63,925 bases of DNA, filler included, from Octopus bimaculoides (GCF_001194135.2; 6 parts of 6 records of this genome joined end to end with filler, not necessarily neighbours in it); one strand, 5' to 3'; counted from the first letter of the whole stretch, positions 13,759 through 29,112 are shown. The notes: generated from the letters alone by a model not told the origin. Numbers and translations: made by a program.

Positions 13759-13806
13759 ATTCAAAGCAATGAGTAATAACACTACGAAACTGGTATGCTT
13801 TTGAAT
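13759..13806 (+). ncRNA. Type I hammerhead ribozyme remnant (core CUG missing) in the PLE 3' region
   Basis: Stem I ATTCAAAGCA/TGCTTTTGAAT (10 bp, 1 bulge), ATGA, stem II GTA-ATAACAC-TAC, GAAAC-TG-GTA. Confidence 0.6.
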
Positions 13807-14088
13807 CTCTTTATAACATTTCAATAATGACTTTTATTACTTTTATTCCTACCTCAGTTCATCTAATTGTATATATCCAGCGTTACTTTTCATAAAAAAG
13901 CCTTTACTTTTTTTTATTTCCAATTTCGCGATTTTTTATTCTTACTTTCCCCTTACATTTCCACGTGTAGTAATAGCTACTATGATTGAAACACAGAACA
14001 GGTTACTTTAGAAACATTATTAATTGAGAAGCTAATAGTATATTATCTTGTAAACTCGGTTTGGAGATTCGTATAAGGGGAAAAACGG

Positions 14089-14193
<105 letters not shown>

Positions 14194-17100
14194 AGAGAGA
14201 GATAAGGTGAAAGTTCATAGTTGAAAAATACACTCGAAATAGGGATAAAAAGAGTGAGTTTACATATATATAAACGCAAGAGCAGCGGTATTTCAGTGGC
14301 AAACGGATTACATTGTAAAATATATAGAAAATACGGAGATTTAGTGAAAGAAATTGTGTAAGAATTGCAAATTAGTGAAGAAACAGCTGATAAAGACGTA
14401 TATACATACATACATACATACTTACATACATACATACATACGTATTAACATACGTACATACATACACACACACACACACATACATTCAACCAAAATCAAA
14501 AATTCACGTTTCTCATGAGAAATGAGGAAGAGACAATTACCGTGATTACAATTAAATATGGTATGGGATCTCTACTGCTAATTATCAACTGTTTACGTTT
14601 GATCAATTTATCCTGTGATCAACGCATCCTGGTTTTCTCATAATCTCACACTATACAATTGTCGTAAAATATGTATGCAGGATTGACGTATTTAAACCTT
14701 ACATTTATAACATGGTCAAGTGTTTCTTGATGTGAATTTTGCTTCTATTTCTGGAATAGTTTACCGCCTACTTCCTTCTCTCACTATCGGTATTATTATT
14801 CTTTCAGGAAATATGAATGTCAATTACACATTGTTTAGCATCGTTTACCGTGTCATATATCAAAAGTATGTTTCTGAATGAATGTTTCTGATTGTATGTT
14901 TATCAAACGAAGTAACAGTGTGACGGTATTGATATACATTGTCATTTAGATGTGTACCAGTGACCCATGAATATCTCTATAGGTTTTCTTGCGGTTTTAT
15001 AACTAACTAGAAGGAAATTAAGAGCATAACGCTTACAGGAAATCTATTATTCTTCTCGAACAGCTGAAATAATATTATGAACTTTCTGAGTTTATGAAGC
15101 AAAATTGGAAACGTTTCTTGTTCATCGACTAATGTGCTTTGGAAATATAGTCAGATGTCGTCTAAGTGCCTATTATACCTTTATTCTACTTTCTCAATTG
15201 GTGAGTTGCATGTTATTCTTCTTTATTCTCATCAATAATTGCTATATACTATATATTAGCAGAGAGATCCACCGGCTTTTTCAGATTGCTCAGGTTTTAA
15301 CATTCAATATACATTTAATCATTAATTCCCTACAAATGCACACATCAGAGAAATACAATAGATCTCAATAAATTCGTAGTGGTAGTAAGGGAATAATCCA
15401 GTAAAGCTATGTGCTCTATCTGTATCTTTCAAAATTTAAACGACATATATAAAAGAGGTGAGAAATTAAGGCGAATTCAGTAACTTGCAGTGAGAGATAA
15501 GCCAACAGAGCGTAGGAATTGACAATGTGTCGATGGGAATGCATTGTAGCAGACATTCGGTCTTCGTTGATTCTGATATGTAGCCTCTGTGGCAATCCTT
15601 GTCTTTTAATCCTTATAGATTCGATAATATGCAACACTCAAATTCTAAACTTCGCTTTTCTTTGTTTGCTTGTTTAATTGTTTGTTTGTTTGCTTGTTTC
15701 TTTTTTTCCTCTCATTTTCTTTCTCGTCCTTGGAATGAACATCTTTTACAATGTCTATTTCTAGTGAAACGTAGATGGAGTGCTGGAGGTTTGGTAAACT
15801 TTTATCAAGAAAAAAAAATTAAACCATTTCCAGTTATGTTGAAGGACATATATATATGTGCGGTGTACGTCCAAGGAGATATATATTTGTGGTCTAGCTC
15901 TGAAGAGATATTAAGATAAATTAATGGAGGCGAAAATGAGATAAATATACTTCTCGAATAACTGCGTGTCGCTGAACATTTTTATGCAGGTAGATTATAT
16001 TAGATCAGGAGAGTAGGGCGCATTTCAGTAACAGACTAGAGATGCTACTTACGAGAAGTTTGCCATGCCTACGATGCAAATCAAATGATAGTGTGAGCAA
16101 AAGGTTTTAACAAATTACTAATAATACAGTTGAATAGCAAATGTTACCCAGTCAAAATTGCAAATTAGAAGGGAAAGAGTCAAAACAAATAGAACAACGC
16201 ATTCTGTGTCTTCCTATAATGATTCTGTCGATTCAATTCATTAAGACATAATATTATCCCAAGAAAAAAAAATATCTATCTAGAAGAAAATTTGTATATG
16301 TTTTATGCAAGATTCCTTCAAGATGTGGAAACTTTAAAGTCAACCATACGCTTGCTGAAAATAAAGTCATATGCACTTCCTCCTAAATCCTTTTCTGCCA
16401 ATGAAAAAAAAAATAATAAATAACAAACCCCAGTTCATGAGATATTGTGTCACTGGTTGCGCAGTATATAAAAAAGTGTGATGTTTATCATATCCAAAGA
16501 ATGAGCTTTGTAGAATATTTTTTAAGAAATGAAATTATTTGGTTTATTGATATTATTTTCTAATCAAAGGTAATATGTGAAATATAGAAATAAGCGATTA
16601 CAAACGCAATACGCGTACATAGATGATTATATGTGTAACTATGTTGAATTATTCTGCATATTTTTGCCTCATGTGTATCGCCTACGTATACATATGGGTG
16701 GGCTCATTTATGAAGTTTTGTACATTACATGTAATAAAGTTTTATGGTCCATCGGCGTTCAACTACTTGCTTGTGACAACTTCAGAAATTACAGCAGATT
16801 TGCTTCTGTCTTTATTAATATTAATGAAATAATATAGATATGTAGACATACAGACAATCACGCTTAAATATATACCAGCACACTTATATACGTAAGAGAA
16901 TTCATGTGCACATATACATATATTCACACATAGACGCAAGTATTTCTCATTTGAAGGCGTATATATGTACGTCCTCTGTGTGTGAAGATTTTAAGTGCGT
17001 GACAATACATTTGTGTGTATGGATGTGTTCAAACAGAGCTGTTTTGCTAGACAAAATAGGATGGCAAATGAAAACATAATCTTGTCAATATATTGGACGG

Positions 17101-17784
17101 CTGCCACCGTCACGTTCAACAGAATATTCAAAGTATTTAAGACGACGTTTTTCATGGAGAAAAAGGCAATCATTATACAATTGCTTGCAAAACGTGATGG
17201 TTTGATGTGAGTTTAGTTCCAGGGCCGAGCGCCAAGTACTTCATAAAGAACCAAAATGTCAATAAGTTGAACGGCCGGCGAATTTGATATCTTGAAAAAC
17301 ACATAGGGTCAATAGTCCAAATCTCATTTGAATGATAACGTAAGAGAATTACAGAAAGAAAATAGTAAACAATGTTAAAGCTAAATATATACTCTTGTGA
17401 TTAAATTTTCATTTCTATGCGTGTGTGAATGTGTATGTGTATGTGTATGTGTGTGAAGGTGTGTGAGTATCTGTGTTTGAGACTATGTATGCAAATATGT
17501 ATGTATGTATGTACGTATGGATGTATGCATATGAAATTAAATAAATGACAAGGGAACAAGATATCATGCGATGAACTTCATTAACCTACTGCTGTTTCTG
17601 CTACATGATGTAGTGCACTCGGCGTTTAGTGTCTGTTGAATAAACGTATAGCTTCCATACGCCTTCTAAATTTTTCTAAATCAATTTCATATTGCACAGT
17701 GTACTCGACTACCACTTTATTCTGAAGTATTGTTCATGAAATTCAAATAGGCTTTTATTAACGCTTCTCCTAGGAGACATAATA

Positions 17785-17830
<46 letters not shown>

Positions 17831-20414
17831 GCGTGCGTGTGTATTTATGTATGTATGCTTGTATATATATATATATATATANNNNNNNNNNNNNNNNNNN
17901 NNNNNNNNNNNNNNNNNNNNNNNNNNNNNNNNNNNNNNNNNNNNNNNNNNNNNNNNNNNNNNNNNNNNNNNNNNNNNNNNNNNNNNNNNNNNNNNNNNNN
18001 NNNNNNNNNNNNNNNNNNNNNNNNNNNNNNNNNNNNNNNNNNNNNNNNNNNNNNNNNNNNNNNNTGTATGTATGTACACATATATGCATATGTTTGTGTG
18101 ACTGTGTGTATAATTATGTTATTTTGTGATTTTTTGTGACAATTTAAACGCTGGAGAACATACCTAAAGTACATAATGCTTTTCCTTATATATATAAATG
18201 TGTGCTTTTGTGCTTATTTATTTCAGCAAGTATATTTGAGAATGTTGCTCTCTTTCTCTCTGACTCTCACTCTGACTCTCACTCTCGTTCACTCTATTTG
18301 TGTATATGTGCGCGTGTATTTCTATATACTCAGTATCGTATCTTCAGTAGAATTAATGATAAATTTTTGATAAAGCCTTCCTTGACATTAACATCCAATT
18401 GCTGTGTATTGCTTCATAATATTTTTGTAAATAAAATTATTAATAGTGCAACATGGGTCATGAATCAGCTGCATCTGTCAGGAAGATAAATGACGTTGAA
18501 ACATTCGCAAAATTAACCCTTTGCTTTTTCCCTTCATAATCTTAAGTACCATAAACAGTATAAAACATATAATTGAAATCAGCACCCCCTTGTTCAAAAG
18601 ATAATGAATATGAAACGGTTTCTTCTGTTCTCATTTCATATAAATGCGGGAAATATGGAATACATTTTGGTAGATATTATTCTATATTTTGTTGCACTTA
18701 GAAGTCCATTTAGCGTTATAATATCTGAAATGTAAAGTAAACAATTCCAAGTTAACATTTTTCTATCCAAAAACAAAATGGTCAAATAATTGCCAAATTG
18801 CCAAAAACAGTATAGTTATGCTGCGTTGATGCATGCGGGCACATTGACTTGAACGAAAGCTGGCAATGCCTATCAATAAATACTTTCAACGTTAGCTAAA
18901 TTTACGCCTAACTCAGAACACAGCTTAAGTTTCTGTAGCACTGATTTTGCCTCTAATTGTTCAGATTAATATTTAGCGGTATTACAATGTACAATCCCAG
19001 TATATGTGAAGCATACTAATGAACTAAGCATTAAGTTTCGCTTCACTTATTTAGTGAAGCCAAACCAGATTTGAGGGTAAATTCCGCATTTAACCTTTCT
19101 GTCAAGAAGGAATATCTATGAGGTGGCTCGACCTACTAGAAATAAGAGAGAATGATTATATAATGCATATCTTAGCTCATAATCAACATGATGAGTCGCA
19201 CAGTCGAAAATTTCTACGGAAAGTTTTGTTTTAACTTGGAAACGGGATGAATTTGTTTGAATGAAATACATATAACGGGATAGGCAAGAAGGTGTAGGCA
19301 CATAAAGAGAAACAAAACAAATATCAACCCAATGATGTGATAGATACGTATCTGTTCGTTTGTGAAATAAGACGTGATTACCATTTAATTAAAGCAATAT
19401 AGATATCTGAATAAATAACCACATCTCAAAACGCAAGCTATCAATAAGTAACGCGCACAATCCAATATTAAAAAAAATAGATCAGTAACTAACCACAACA
19501 CAGTATCTCCTACAGACTAATATAATTGCTTTCACTACCTTCTGAACAAGTAGGTGTAATGTTTATATTAAGTCTTTTGGTGATTGCAACAACAAAAAAT
19601 ATATTCGTTATCATATTCAGGTCAGCATCAACAAATGTCTACAATAGTGTATCAAGACCAAAAATTAATCACAATATTCATCCTTATAAAAAAAATATAT
19701 ACCCATAAGTGTGTATATGCGACAAAGGCAAATCGCAATGTTGAAAACGATACATATTATCATCAGCAAAATATAACCCTGCTCATGTCAGAACGTGAAA
19801 TCAAACTCCATAATGAACCAACAACTATAATTCAAGAGAAAATTAAAACGTATTTACACAGGCAGTATCCTAGCACGAAAAGACAACAGGGAAATTTATA
19901 ATAATAGGAAATATATTTGTAACGAAAGACGAACAAATATTGATAAACTAGAAAAAAAATTGATGTAACCAAATCCATAGTTAAAATATATAATAATAAA
20001 TAATGAGGAAACTGCTTTAAAAAAATTGACAATCTGTTTTCTGTGATTCAGAATGAAAAAACAACCTTAGTCAACACTGCATTAATTACCCACAAATAAT
20101 GAAATGCGATTGTTTTAGAGAATTCAATAACATTTTATGAAACGTTACAAGTGATATATGTTCTCATTGTGAATGTAATTCCAGAGTGCATGTCAACTCA
20201 GATGGCACATCATGTGCAATATATGTCACGACAGCCATTTATTATTTAAATGTAACACAGTGAATATAACATTCAACTAAAATACAAAGGCACGCACGTC
20301 TATATATGATCACCACAAACGTGTAATCAAATATATTGTCACATTCACAGACACACACATCTATCTATCTAACCTCTTTGTCTGACTGTCTGCATGTTTG
20401 TCTGTCTGTCTGCC

Positions 20415-20447
<33 letters not shown>

Positions 20448-20458
20448 TTCTGCCTGCA

Positions 20459-20525
<67 letters not shown>

Positions 20526-21363
20526 TTGTCTAATCTCACAGCCACAGTAAATTACAGCATCGGATGCAACACACCTGCTTCTACAACATGTGTTTAAATC
20601 TCAGCTTGCCGTTCAGAAATACACAACTGGTGAAGTAAAATACAAATTTTCCCCAGCGATGCCCACAAGCAACATCTTAGAATTGTATATTGGAGCAAAA
20701 ATCTTAACTCCACCGAGGGGTTCTGTTCAGAGCGGATATTTACACACTTGGGATATACATGTATTACATTCAAATTATGAATCAGTATTGCGCAAATTTA
20801 TTTTCAACACACAGACACGCATATGTGGATTTTCACCAAAGTATATAAATTGGTATCTATATATATATATATGTGTGTGTGCGTGTTTGTGTGTTATAGG
20901 CACACTCTCACAAACACACACACATACATGTATATATGCATATATGTGCTTGTGTTTAGAGTGTCTATGTATTTCTGTGAAATATTGCTTGTGCAAGTGA
21001 AATGTTAGATGGTGGCTATATAAAAATATATACGAATGTCAAAGCAAAATATACACGTAGATATATGTGTAAATACGCATACGCGCGCGCGCTTATATAA
21101 TTATATATCTATATATATGTATGAATATACATATGTTTGTATATCACGAATACATACTTGGGCATACACCGACATATATATANNNNNNNNNNNNNNNNNN
21201 NNNNNNNNNNNNNNNNNNNNNNNNNNNNNNNNNNNNNNNNNNNNNNNNNNNNNNNNNNNNNNNNNNNNNNNNNNNNNNNNNNNNNNNNNNNNNNNNNNNN
21301 NNNNNNNNNNNNNNNNNNNNNNNNNNNNNNNNNNNNNNNNNNNNNNNATATATATATATATAA

Positions 21364-21401
<38 letters not shown>

Positions 21402-21839
21402 GTGTGTGTGTGTGCACGCATGCATGCATTTTCGTTTGTACATGTGTATATATATATGCGTTTGACTATGTGTGTGTGGTGAGCAATGAATCGTTATTAA
21501 AACGAAGCAAAATTGTGGCGTAAGAAAAAAATGATGTGATTATTGGGTGTCATCAGGTCACAAAAAAAAATATAAATATAAACGACAAAGTATAGTTTCA
21601 TATCATTATAGATTATACGATTCCCGTATAGATTGCTTGCAATCTTGGCAGAATAAAAAATGTAATGGAGCACGAAAAGAAGTCTATTATCGATACAACG
21701 TTCATGTAATATAACACTTGCTGACACCAAATATAATGATCTGAAATACACATCTACTTACGCATACAGAAACTTACATAAATAATGGGTGTATTCACGT
21801 ATCTATCTATCTATCTATCTATGTATCTATCTATCTATG

Positions 21840-21882
<43 letters not shown>

Positions 21883-21899
21883 GTATGTATGTATGTATG

Positions 21900-21938
<39 letters not shown>

Positions 21939-23506
21939 TTATCTACCTATAACATACATACATACATATATTATACATATATATATATATATATATATAN
22001 NNNNNNNNNNNNNNNNNNNNNNNNNNNNNNNNNNNNNNNNNNNNNNNNNNNNNNNNNNNNNNNNNNNNNNNNNNNNNNNNNNNNNNNNNNNNNNNNNNNN
22101 NNNNNNNNNNNNNNNNNNNNNNNNNNNNNNNNNNNNNNNNNNNNNNNNNNNNNNNNNNNNNNNNNNNNNNNNNNNNNNNNNNNNNNNNNNNNNNNNNNNN
22201 NNNNNNNNNNNNNNNNNNNNNNNNNNNNNNNNNNNNNNNNNNNNNNNNNNNNNNNNNNNNNNNNNNNNNNNNNNNNNNNNNNNNNNNNNNNNNNNNNNNN
22301 NNNNNNNNNNNNNNNNNNNNNNNNNNNNNNNNNNNNNNNNNNNNNNNNNNNNNNNNNNNNNNNNNNNNNNNNNNNNNNNNNNNNNNNNNNNNNNNNNNNN
22401 NNNNNNNNNNNNNNNNNNNNNNNNNNNNNNNNNNNNNNNNNNNNNNNNNNNNNNNNNNNNNNNNNNNNNNNNNNNNNNNNNNNNNNNNNNNNNNNNNNNN
22501 NNNNNNNNNNNNNNNNNNNNNNNNNNNNNNNNNNNNNNNNNNNNNNNNNNNNNNNNNNNNNNNNNNNNNNNNNNNNNNNNNNNNNNNNNNNNNNNNNNNN
22601 NNNNNNNNNNNNNNNNNNNNNNNNNNNNNNNNNNNNNNNNNNNNNNNNNNNNNNNNNNNNNNNNNNNNNNNNNNNNNNNNNNNNNNNNNNNNNNNNNNNN
22701 NNNNNNNNNNNNNNNNNNNNNNNNNNNNNNNNNNNNNNNNNNNNNNNNNNNNNNNNNNNNNNNNNNNNNNNNNNNNNNNNNNNNNNNNNNNNNNNNNNNN
22801 NNNNNNNNNNNNNNNNNNNNNNNNNNNNNNNNNNNNNNNNNNNNNNNNNNNNNNNNNNNNNNNNNNNNNNNNTATATATATATACATACATACGTATATA
22901 TATACATATGCACACATATACTAATACATATACACACACAACACGTACAGACACACACACATATATAAATATATACACGTGTTTGTTTTTATCTATTCGT
23001 ATATACACACACACATTTGGAGTAGGTGTGCCCTGTCTATACATGTAGTAACACGGAAAAACAGACTGACGGACAATGAGACGTGTTTACTGTTGAATAG
23101 ACAGTTAGATATATAGGCAGATATATACATAGAGAGTTAAGTGGAAATAAAGTCTAATAGATAGCTATACGATATTAGTGCTTCTGTATATAGCAATCAT
23201 AATTCAATTAAGCCGCTGAGGTCATGTTAATAAAAAAATATGTAAAAAATTGTTGTCATCTCAAAAGATTTATACTCCTCCGATTAAAGAAAAGAAGATA
23301 TGTCTATATAAATCGTACTAATTCGCACATACACGCAGATTTAACAACGTTCACACTTATGCATGCACCAATGTGTACGAATGTGTGAATATTTATATAT
23401 ATATATATGAGCGTGTGTGCGTGTATGTGTGTGTGTGTGTGTGCATGTACACATGCATTGCATGTATGCATGAATGTATGCATGTATGCATGTATGCATG
23501 TGTGTG

Positions 23507-23571
<65 letters not shown>

Positions 23572-23924
23572 NNNNNNNNNNNNNNNNNNNNNNNNNNNNN
23601 NNNNNNNNNNNNNNNNNNNNNNNNNNNNNNNNNNNNNNNNNNNNNNNNNNNNNNNNNNNNNNNNNNNNNNNNNNNNNNNNNNNNNNNNNNNNNNNNNNNN
23701 NNNNNNNNNNNNNNNNNNNNNNNNNNNNNNNNNNNNNNNNNNNNNNNNNNNNNNNNNNNNNNNNNNNNNNNNNNNNNNNNNNNNNNNNNNNNNNNNNNNN
23801 NNNNNNNNNNNNNNNNNNNNNNNNNNNNNNNNNNNNNNNNNNNNNNNNNNNNNNNNNNNNNNNNNNNNNNNNNNNNNNNNNNNNNNNNNNNNNNNNNNNN
23901 NNNNNNNNNNNNNNNNNNNNNNNN

Positions 23925-23958
<34 letters not shown>

Positions 23959-25064
23959 ACACATACATGAATGTATACATGATGTACACGTGCACATGTA
24001 ATGTGCTGGTATAGTTCTACAGTGCTTTTGACTGCTGATTTCAATGTATGCCTGAAACTATATATGCGTACACCATGTTGCTATATGTGCTCAGGATTTG
24101 CTTTTATTTTTCTTTCTGTTTGTTATCGTATGTAAATGGACTGGTAAATTGAAAACCGTATTTCTGTAAACAAGAAAGGTTGAGAACATAAAATCCTCGT
24201 GGTACTGGAACGCATCAAAGCCAATTCCTTTTGAAGCAAACTGCTATTCGTCAATGTCCTTAAAAACTACCATATATTCTCCTGTTTTCAATAGCTTCTT
24301 TCTCTTGGGATAATCATAAGATAGATGATACTCACCTAATGCAACTAGAGATATGAAAGTTAGATGGTTCATTGATACTGATATCTGATTCTATAGGCAA
24401 TCTAAGTAATATTGATTGAAGGCGGGATAAGAGAACTCTGAGAGTTGATGGAATAGATGACTAGTCAATTTATTTCGCGTTTATCCTTCTACATGATTTC
24501 AAATTTCAGTAATTTTGAATCGTATTTCATAAATCTCGGGCCGATGCAAACAATACTAGCTGTTCAGTTGTATTTGCTGTCGATGAAGATTATGCTTCCT
24601 GCAAAAATAATGGCATTGTGTAGTGTTCGCTGGTATAAGTCTCTGAAAGTAAATTGTGCGCATGATTGTTAGATGGTGGGGTTCATGCCTTTTTTTCTTC
24701 CGATGGAAGTTTACCTGTGAATTTGACCACTACCCAATTATATTGATATTTAATGTATTTTATACTGCTAATTAGATAGCTAAACACTTGAAATTGCTAT
24801 TAAAATAATTCATATGAGATGTAAATATCACAGTATGGACTTCTATTTCTCTTTTGTGAATATTAAACAAAAATGAAAAATCTCTTATCTACTCCCAGCT
24901 CAATATATAATTTCAATTAGAATTTGAGATTTCTGACCAAAAGTCGTTTACATTAAATGATAAATGAAGGTAAGGCACATATAGAACAAATCCATGATAT
25001 TCCTGATCGAATATTCCAGTTTACCTCGTTATACTGAATAACCTATTTACTGTCATAGGAAAAC

Positions 25065-25285
25065 CAAGGCGTCGAGCTGGCAGAAACGTTAGCACGTCGG
25101 CGAAATTCTTAGCGGTATTTCGTCTCTCTTTACTTTCTGAGTTCAAATTCGGCAGAGGTCGACTTTACCTTTCATCCTTTCGGGGTCGAAAAATTGGGTA
25201 CCAGTTGCGTACTGAGGTCGATCTAATCGAGTGGGTCCCCTCCCGCAAAATTTCAGGCCTTGTGCCAAGAGAAGAAAAGATAAGA
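25065..25285 (-). mobile_element. SINE core/tail copy, CpG intact
   Basis: Reverse complement core: ctgagttcaaattcggcagaggtcgactttacctttcatcctttcggggtcg. Confidence 0.8.
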
Positions 25286-26599
25286 AACCGAAACATATGT
25301 CGGTGAGGTAGGCTTCATGTTCATATTCATATTCAGGTTCGACACTTAACTTTTGGTATTGAATATATTTCAAAGCAATATTAAAGTTTATGTTTCCCAC
25401 GGACATCATAATTATTAGATAAGTTGATTTGGTAATGAAATCTGAGGGGCTGTTCCGCATTTGCTTTATACTTTGTTGCAAAGCTCTAGTATCCTAATAA
25501 TTTCTGAATAATTGATGCTTACGTGTGATAAATACTCATGGACTTGCGACCTTGCTTAAAAGAGTTGGGAAGAATTTTACAATGTAGCGCAACCCTTACA
25601 AATTAATGGGAGAAAAGCAAATATTTTCAGCGCACCAACAACTGGAGAACGATGGACAAATGGTTTCAGAGGAACCCTGTAGTTGACATTCAATAATATT
25701 TAGAAAGCAATGATTGAACAATATCAGGAATGGTAATTTCTTCAATATTTTGTGAAACATTTAGTTCTGATTGTTTAAGGATATATAATGGCATATAACG
25801 CTTCAAAAAATGTCTGTGAATTCATTTACCTATCCTTCACACTAAATTTGTCAAGGTATTGTTTTCGCTAATCTAACTACAATACTTAACATTCCTACAT
25901 TTGCTAGAGTAGATAATTATTTCAGAAGCATGAGAATAAACCTAACTAGGAAATAATTAATATTTTCCTCATTTCCATTCTCTCTAAATCAAAATTAATC
26001 GTCAGGACGCAGCATTACTTTTACTCCTAGTGCATAATTTCTTTTTGTTTTACTTTTTACTACTTTGTCGAATATTTTGGCTGTTAATTTCCTTGTAAAT
26101 GTTTTTATTATTATTTTTTTTTTCTCGATAATTTCCTTTCCAGAAGAAACATTCATCAGGGATATAGAGAAAGAAGAAAGTATTTCTCCTTTTTTTCTTT
26201 ATTTTTTGTTCAAGGAAAATATACAAAAGCCTTAATTAAATGCTTCGAGGCTGTGTCACAACTCGCGAAATACATTATCAACGAGTGAAATATCAATATT
26301 TCTTCTTTAGAATTTTAGCAGTAAAGAGTGGTGTTAGTATGACCTTTTGGTGAAATATCGGATGTTTTCAAAGATATACAACGGAAACAGAAGTACACGC
26401 ACACATGTACAAAGAAATAACTATATGCATGCACACACACATAGTCTAGAGTGAGTATATATGTAAATGTGTGTGTGTATGAGTGTTTGTATATAGAGAA
26501 AGAGAGAGAGTTCACAGGAAAAGGCTTATAAAATACATTCTGTAATTGTTCTAAATAAAGAAAACAAACATTGTTATGCACATTCCAGCTTCGAATGTG

Positions 26600-26755
26600 T
26601 ACAGCTTGGACCCAGCGTGGTTTGGACCGCGTAATAAGTTTAGCTCCTAAACACAGGGTTCGGCGCACAGTCCCACTGTCCTCTACTATGTGTTCAGGCC
26701 TTGTAAAGACCTATGAGTGGACATAATAGACAGAAACCGAAAGACGCGTGCTGTA
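26600..26755 (+). mobile_element. Degenerate SINE head followed by microsatellite
   Basis: gcgtggtttgga..agtttagctcc..acacagggttc..cagtcccactg..tgagtgga..tagacagaaaccgaaag; tRNA-like head. Confidence 0.5.
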
Positions 26756-26773
26756 TGTATGTATTTGTGTATG

Positions 26774-26808
<35 letters not shown>

Positions 26809-26908
26809 NNNNNNNNNNNNNNNNNNNNNNNNNNNNNNNNNNNNNNNNNNNNTTAATTAATTAANNNNNNNNNNNNNNNNNNNNNNNNNNNNNNNNNNNN
26901 NNNNNNNN

Positions 26909-27046
26909 ATAGTACTAAAACCGATCAAACAGGAAAAGGATCCCATCACCTTTAAACGGAATCTGGACAAATTTCTTCAAAGGTTACCAGATAAGCGACC
27001 TATACCTGGATGCAACTCATACAACAAGAACTCTCTACTCTAGTGG
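26909..27046 (+). mobile_element. LINE ORF2 C-terminal remnant (CR1/L2-like)
   Basis: IVLKPIKQEKDPITFKRNLDKFLQRLPDKRPIPGCNSYNKNSLL*; the FKxxLDKFL motif is typical of LINE ORF2 ends. Confidence 0.5.
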
Positions 27047-28039
27047 ATCAGGATACCACAAAACTTGACTTTAAAAGGATTTAGATATTCCTATCAGGTG
27101 GTGCTATTAAGTTAGATATGGCCTGGAGCAATCTAAGTCTTGTATATATATACAGTATATATGTATATATACAGTATATAATTATGAGAGATAGAGAGAT
27201 GGAGAGAGAGTGAAACTTGATGAGAACAATGAACATATTAAGCAATAGTTTTCTCCTCGTTATAGAAAACCTTACATTGGGCTTTATTCTAAAAAAATTA
27301 TACTTAGTAAAACTTCGAATATTGTAATTCGACGGAGTGTCAGACCTCAATGAAACTGTAATTTCTAATAATTGTTTAATATATATTTTTCTTATAATTC
27401 TATAACATTTTTTCGCTGTTGCTTAATGGTCTAAACGTTATGCTAATATGATGTAGGTTATGATAATGAAACAATAATAAGCACCTAGTGTAAATTGTAT
27501 TAGCTTAGCAACTGATGTAGTTATAGTTACAGAGCTAATATTCTGGGAAAAAGCCAGAACATTTTTACCTCTTTGGAATTAGAAAAGCAAATGAGTCATA
27601 AGAAAAATTGAAAAGAAGATATAGACGGTAGAAAAGGCAGCGGATCGACGTGTAGTATGTTTGTAGGTATATGGCGAACTAAAAAAAATATTCATAATTT
27701 AAACGACTGTGAAGTTTATGCTACTCTTGTAACGTATATGCTTGGATGAAACAAGGACATATATGTATGTGTGTGTGTTCACACTCAGAATACTCTCTCT
27801 CTCTCTCTCTCAACACACACATACACACGCGCGCATACACACGCGCGCATACACACACATAAGCATACATGCATATATATNNNNNNNNNNNNNNNNNNNN
27901 NNNNNNNNNNNNNNNNNNNNNNNNNNNNNNNNNNNNNNNNNNNNNNNNNNNNNNNNNNNNNNNNNNNNNNNNNNNNNNNNNNNNNNNNNNNNNNNNNNNN
28001 TATATATATATATATATACAGAGATAGATAGACAGATAT

Positions 28040-28088
<49 letters not shown>

Positions 28089-28899
28089 AATCCCTCTCTC
28101 ATACTCATGGTTAAGTTTGTGATTGCGTGTTTTCTTAATCTCACATACGTCAGTTGAGATTCATCTAGGTCTACTACATCCACTCTACCAATGTGGTCCA
28201 AGGGAAAGTCAAGTCATTTGCAGATCTTAGCAAACGTATTTTCCCTCATCTTTCGCAAGACATCCTAAACAGCTAAAGTTTAGTATTTAGTCAAACACAC
28301 GAAAGATTTAGTAACCTTGACTGGTATATTACTGACGACCCAGACAATACTTAAGGCAAAGTAAGATTGTCAGAAAATAGAGATTCGGATCAAATTCTGC
28401 AAGGCTTTTTATCCAACGCTCTAACTTCGCTGCTAATTTGGTGACTAGAAATGCAATGTAAATAGGTTTGCTTGTAAGTGTAGTATTTCCTCATATCTTC
28501 CTGTAATCATATAACTATGTGATGCAAATTAAAAGCGAACCATACTTCCAACATCCAATGTGGAAACCTGATTTTCAGGAAGCATTTTATTATATACGTA
28601 ACATAGTTAACTAACGATATGAACAGTCAAGTGTCTGTAACCTTTAATTGGTTCAATAACATTGCTTTCCTAAATTTAGTGTAACTTATATGTTTGCATG
28701 TTTTGCGTCATTTTAGGAGTTGAGATTCTAAATATTTTGAATTTAAACCACGCTGAGTTTCATTTACCTTTCATCTCTCGTGGCTAATCATTTATTGGGA
28801 GTTAACTTCAACTCTGACAGATTTACATCCAGTATTCATTAAGCTAATGTGTTATTTCTTCAGTACATATGATAAACAAACCACAATTTAATAAGCACA

Positions 28900-29112
28900 T
28901 ATATTGATTTCAAATTTTGGCACAAGGCCAGCAATTTTGGGGAAGGGGAGTAAGTCAAATACATCAACCACAGTTTTCCACTGATACTTATGTTATCGAC
29001 CCTGAAATGATGAACGGCAAAGTGGACCTCGGCGGAATTTGAACCCAGAACGTGAAGGCGGACGAAATACCGCATTTGCTCGGCATGCTAACGATTCTGC
29101 CAACTCGCTGCA
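28900..29112 (+). mobile_element. SINE core/tail copy, CpG intact
   Basis: ttttggcacaaggccagcaatttt..atcgaccc..ggcaaagtggacctcggcggaatttgaac..gctaacgattctgcc. Confidence 0.8.

Noticed and set aside
15466-15612. Cys-rich minus-strand frame (DKDCHRGYISESTKTECLLQC...)
   Set aside because: Poor acceptor, no recognisable domain and no partner exons.
20590-20800. Protein-like ORF SQLAVQKYTTGEVKYKFSP...
   Set aside because: No motif and no convincing splice pair; it runs into a microsatellite.
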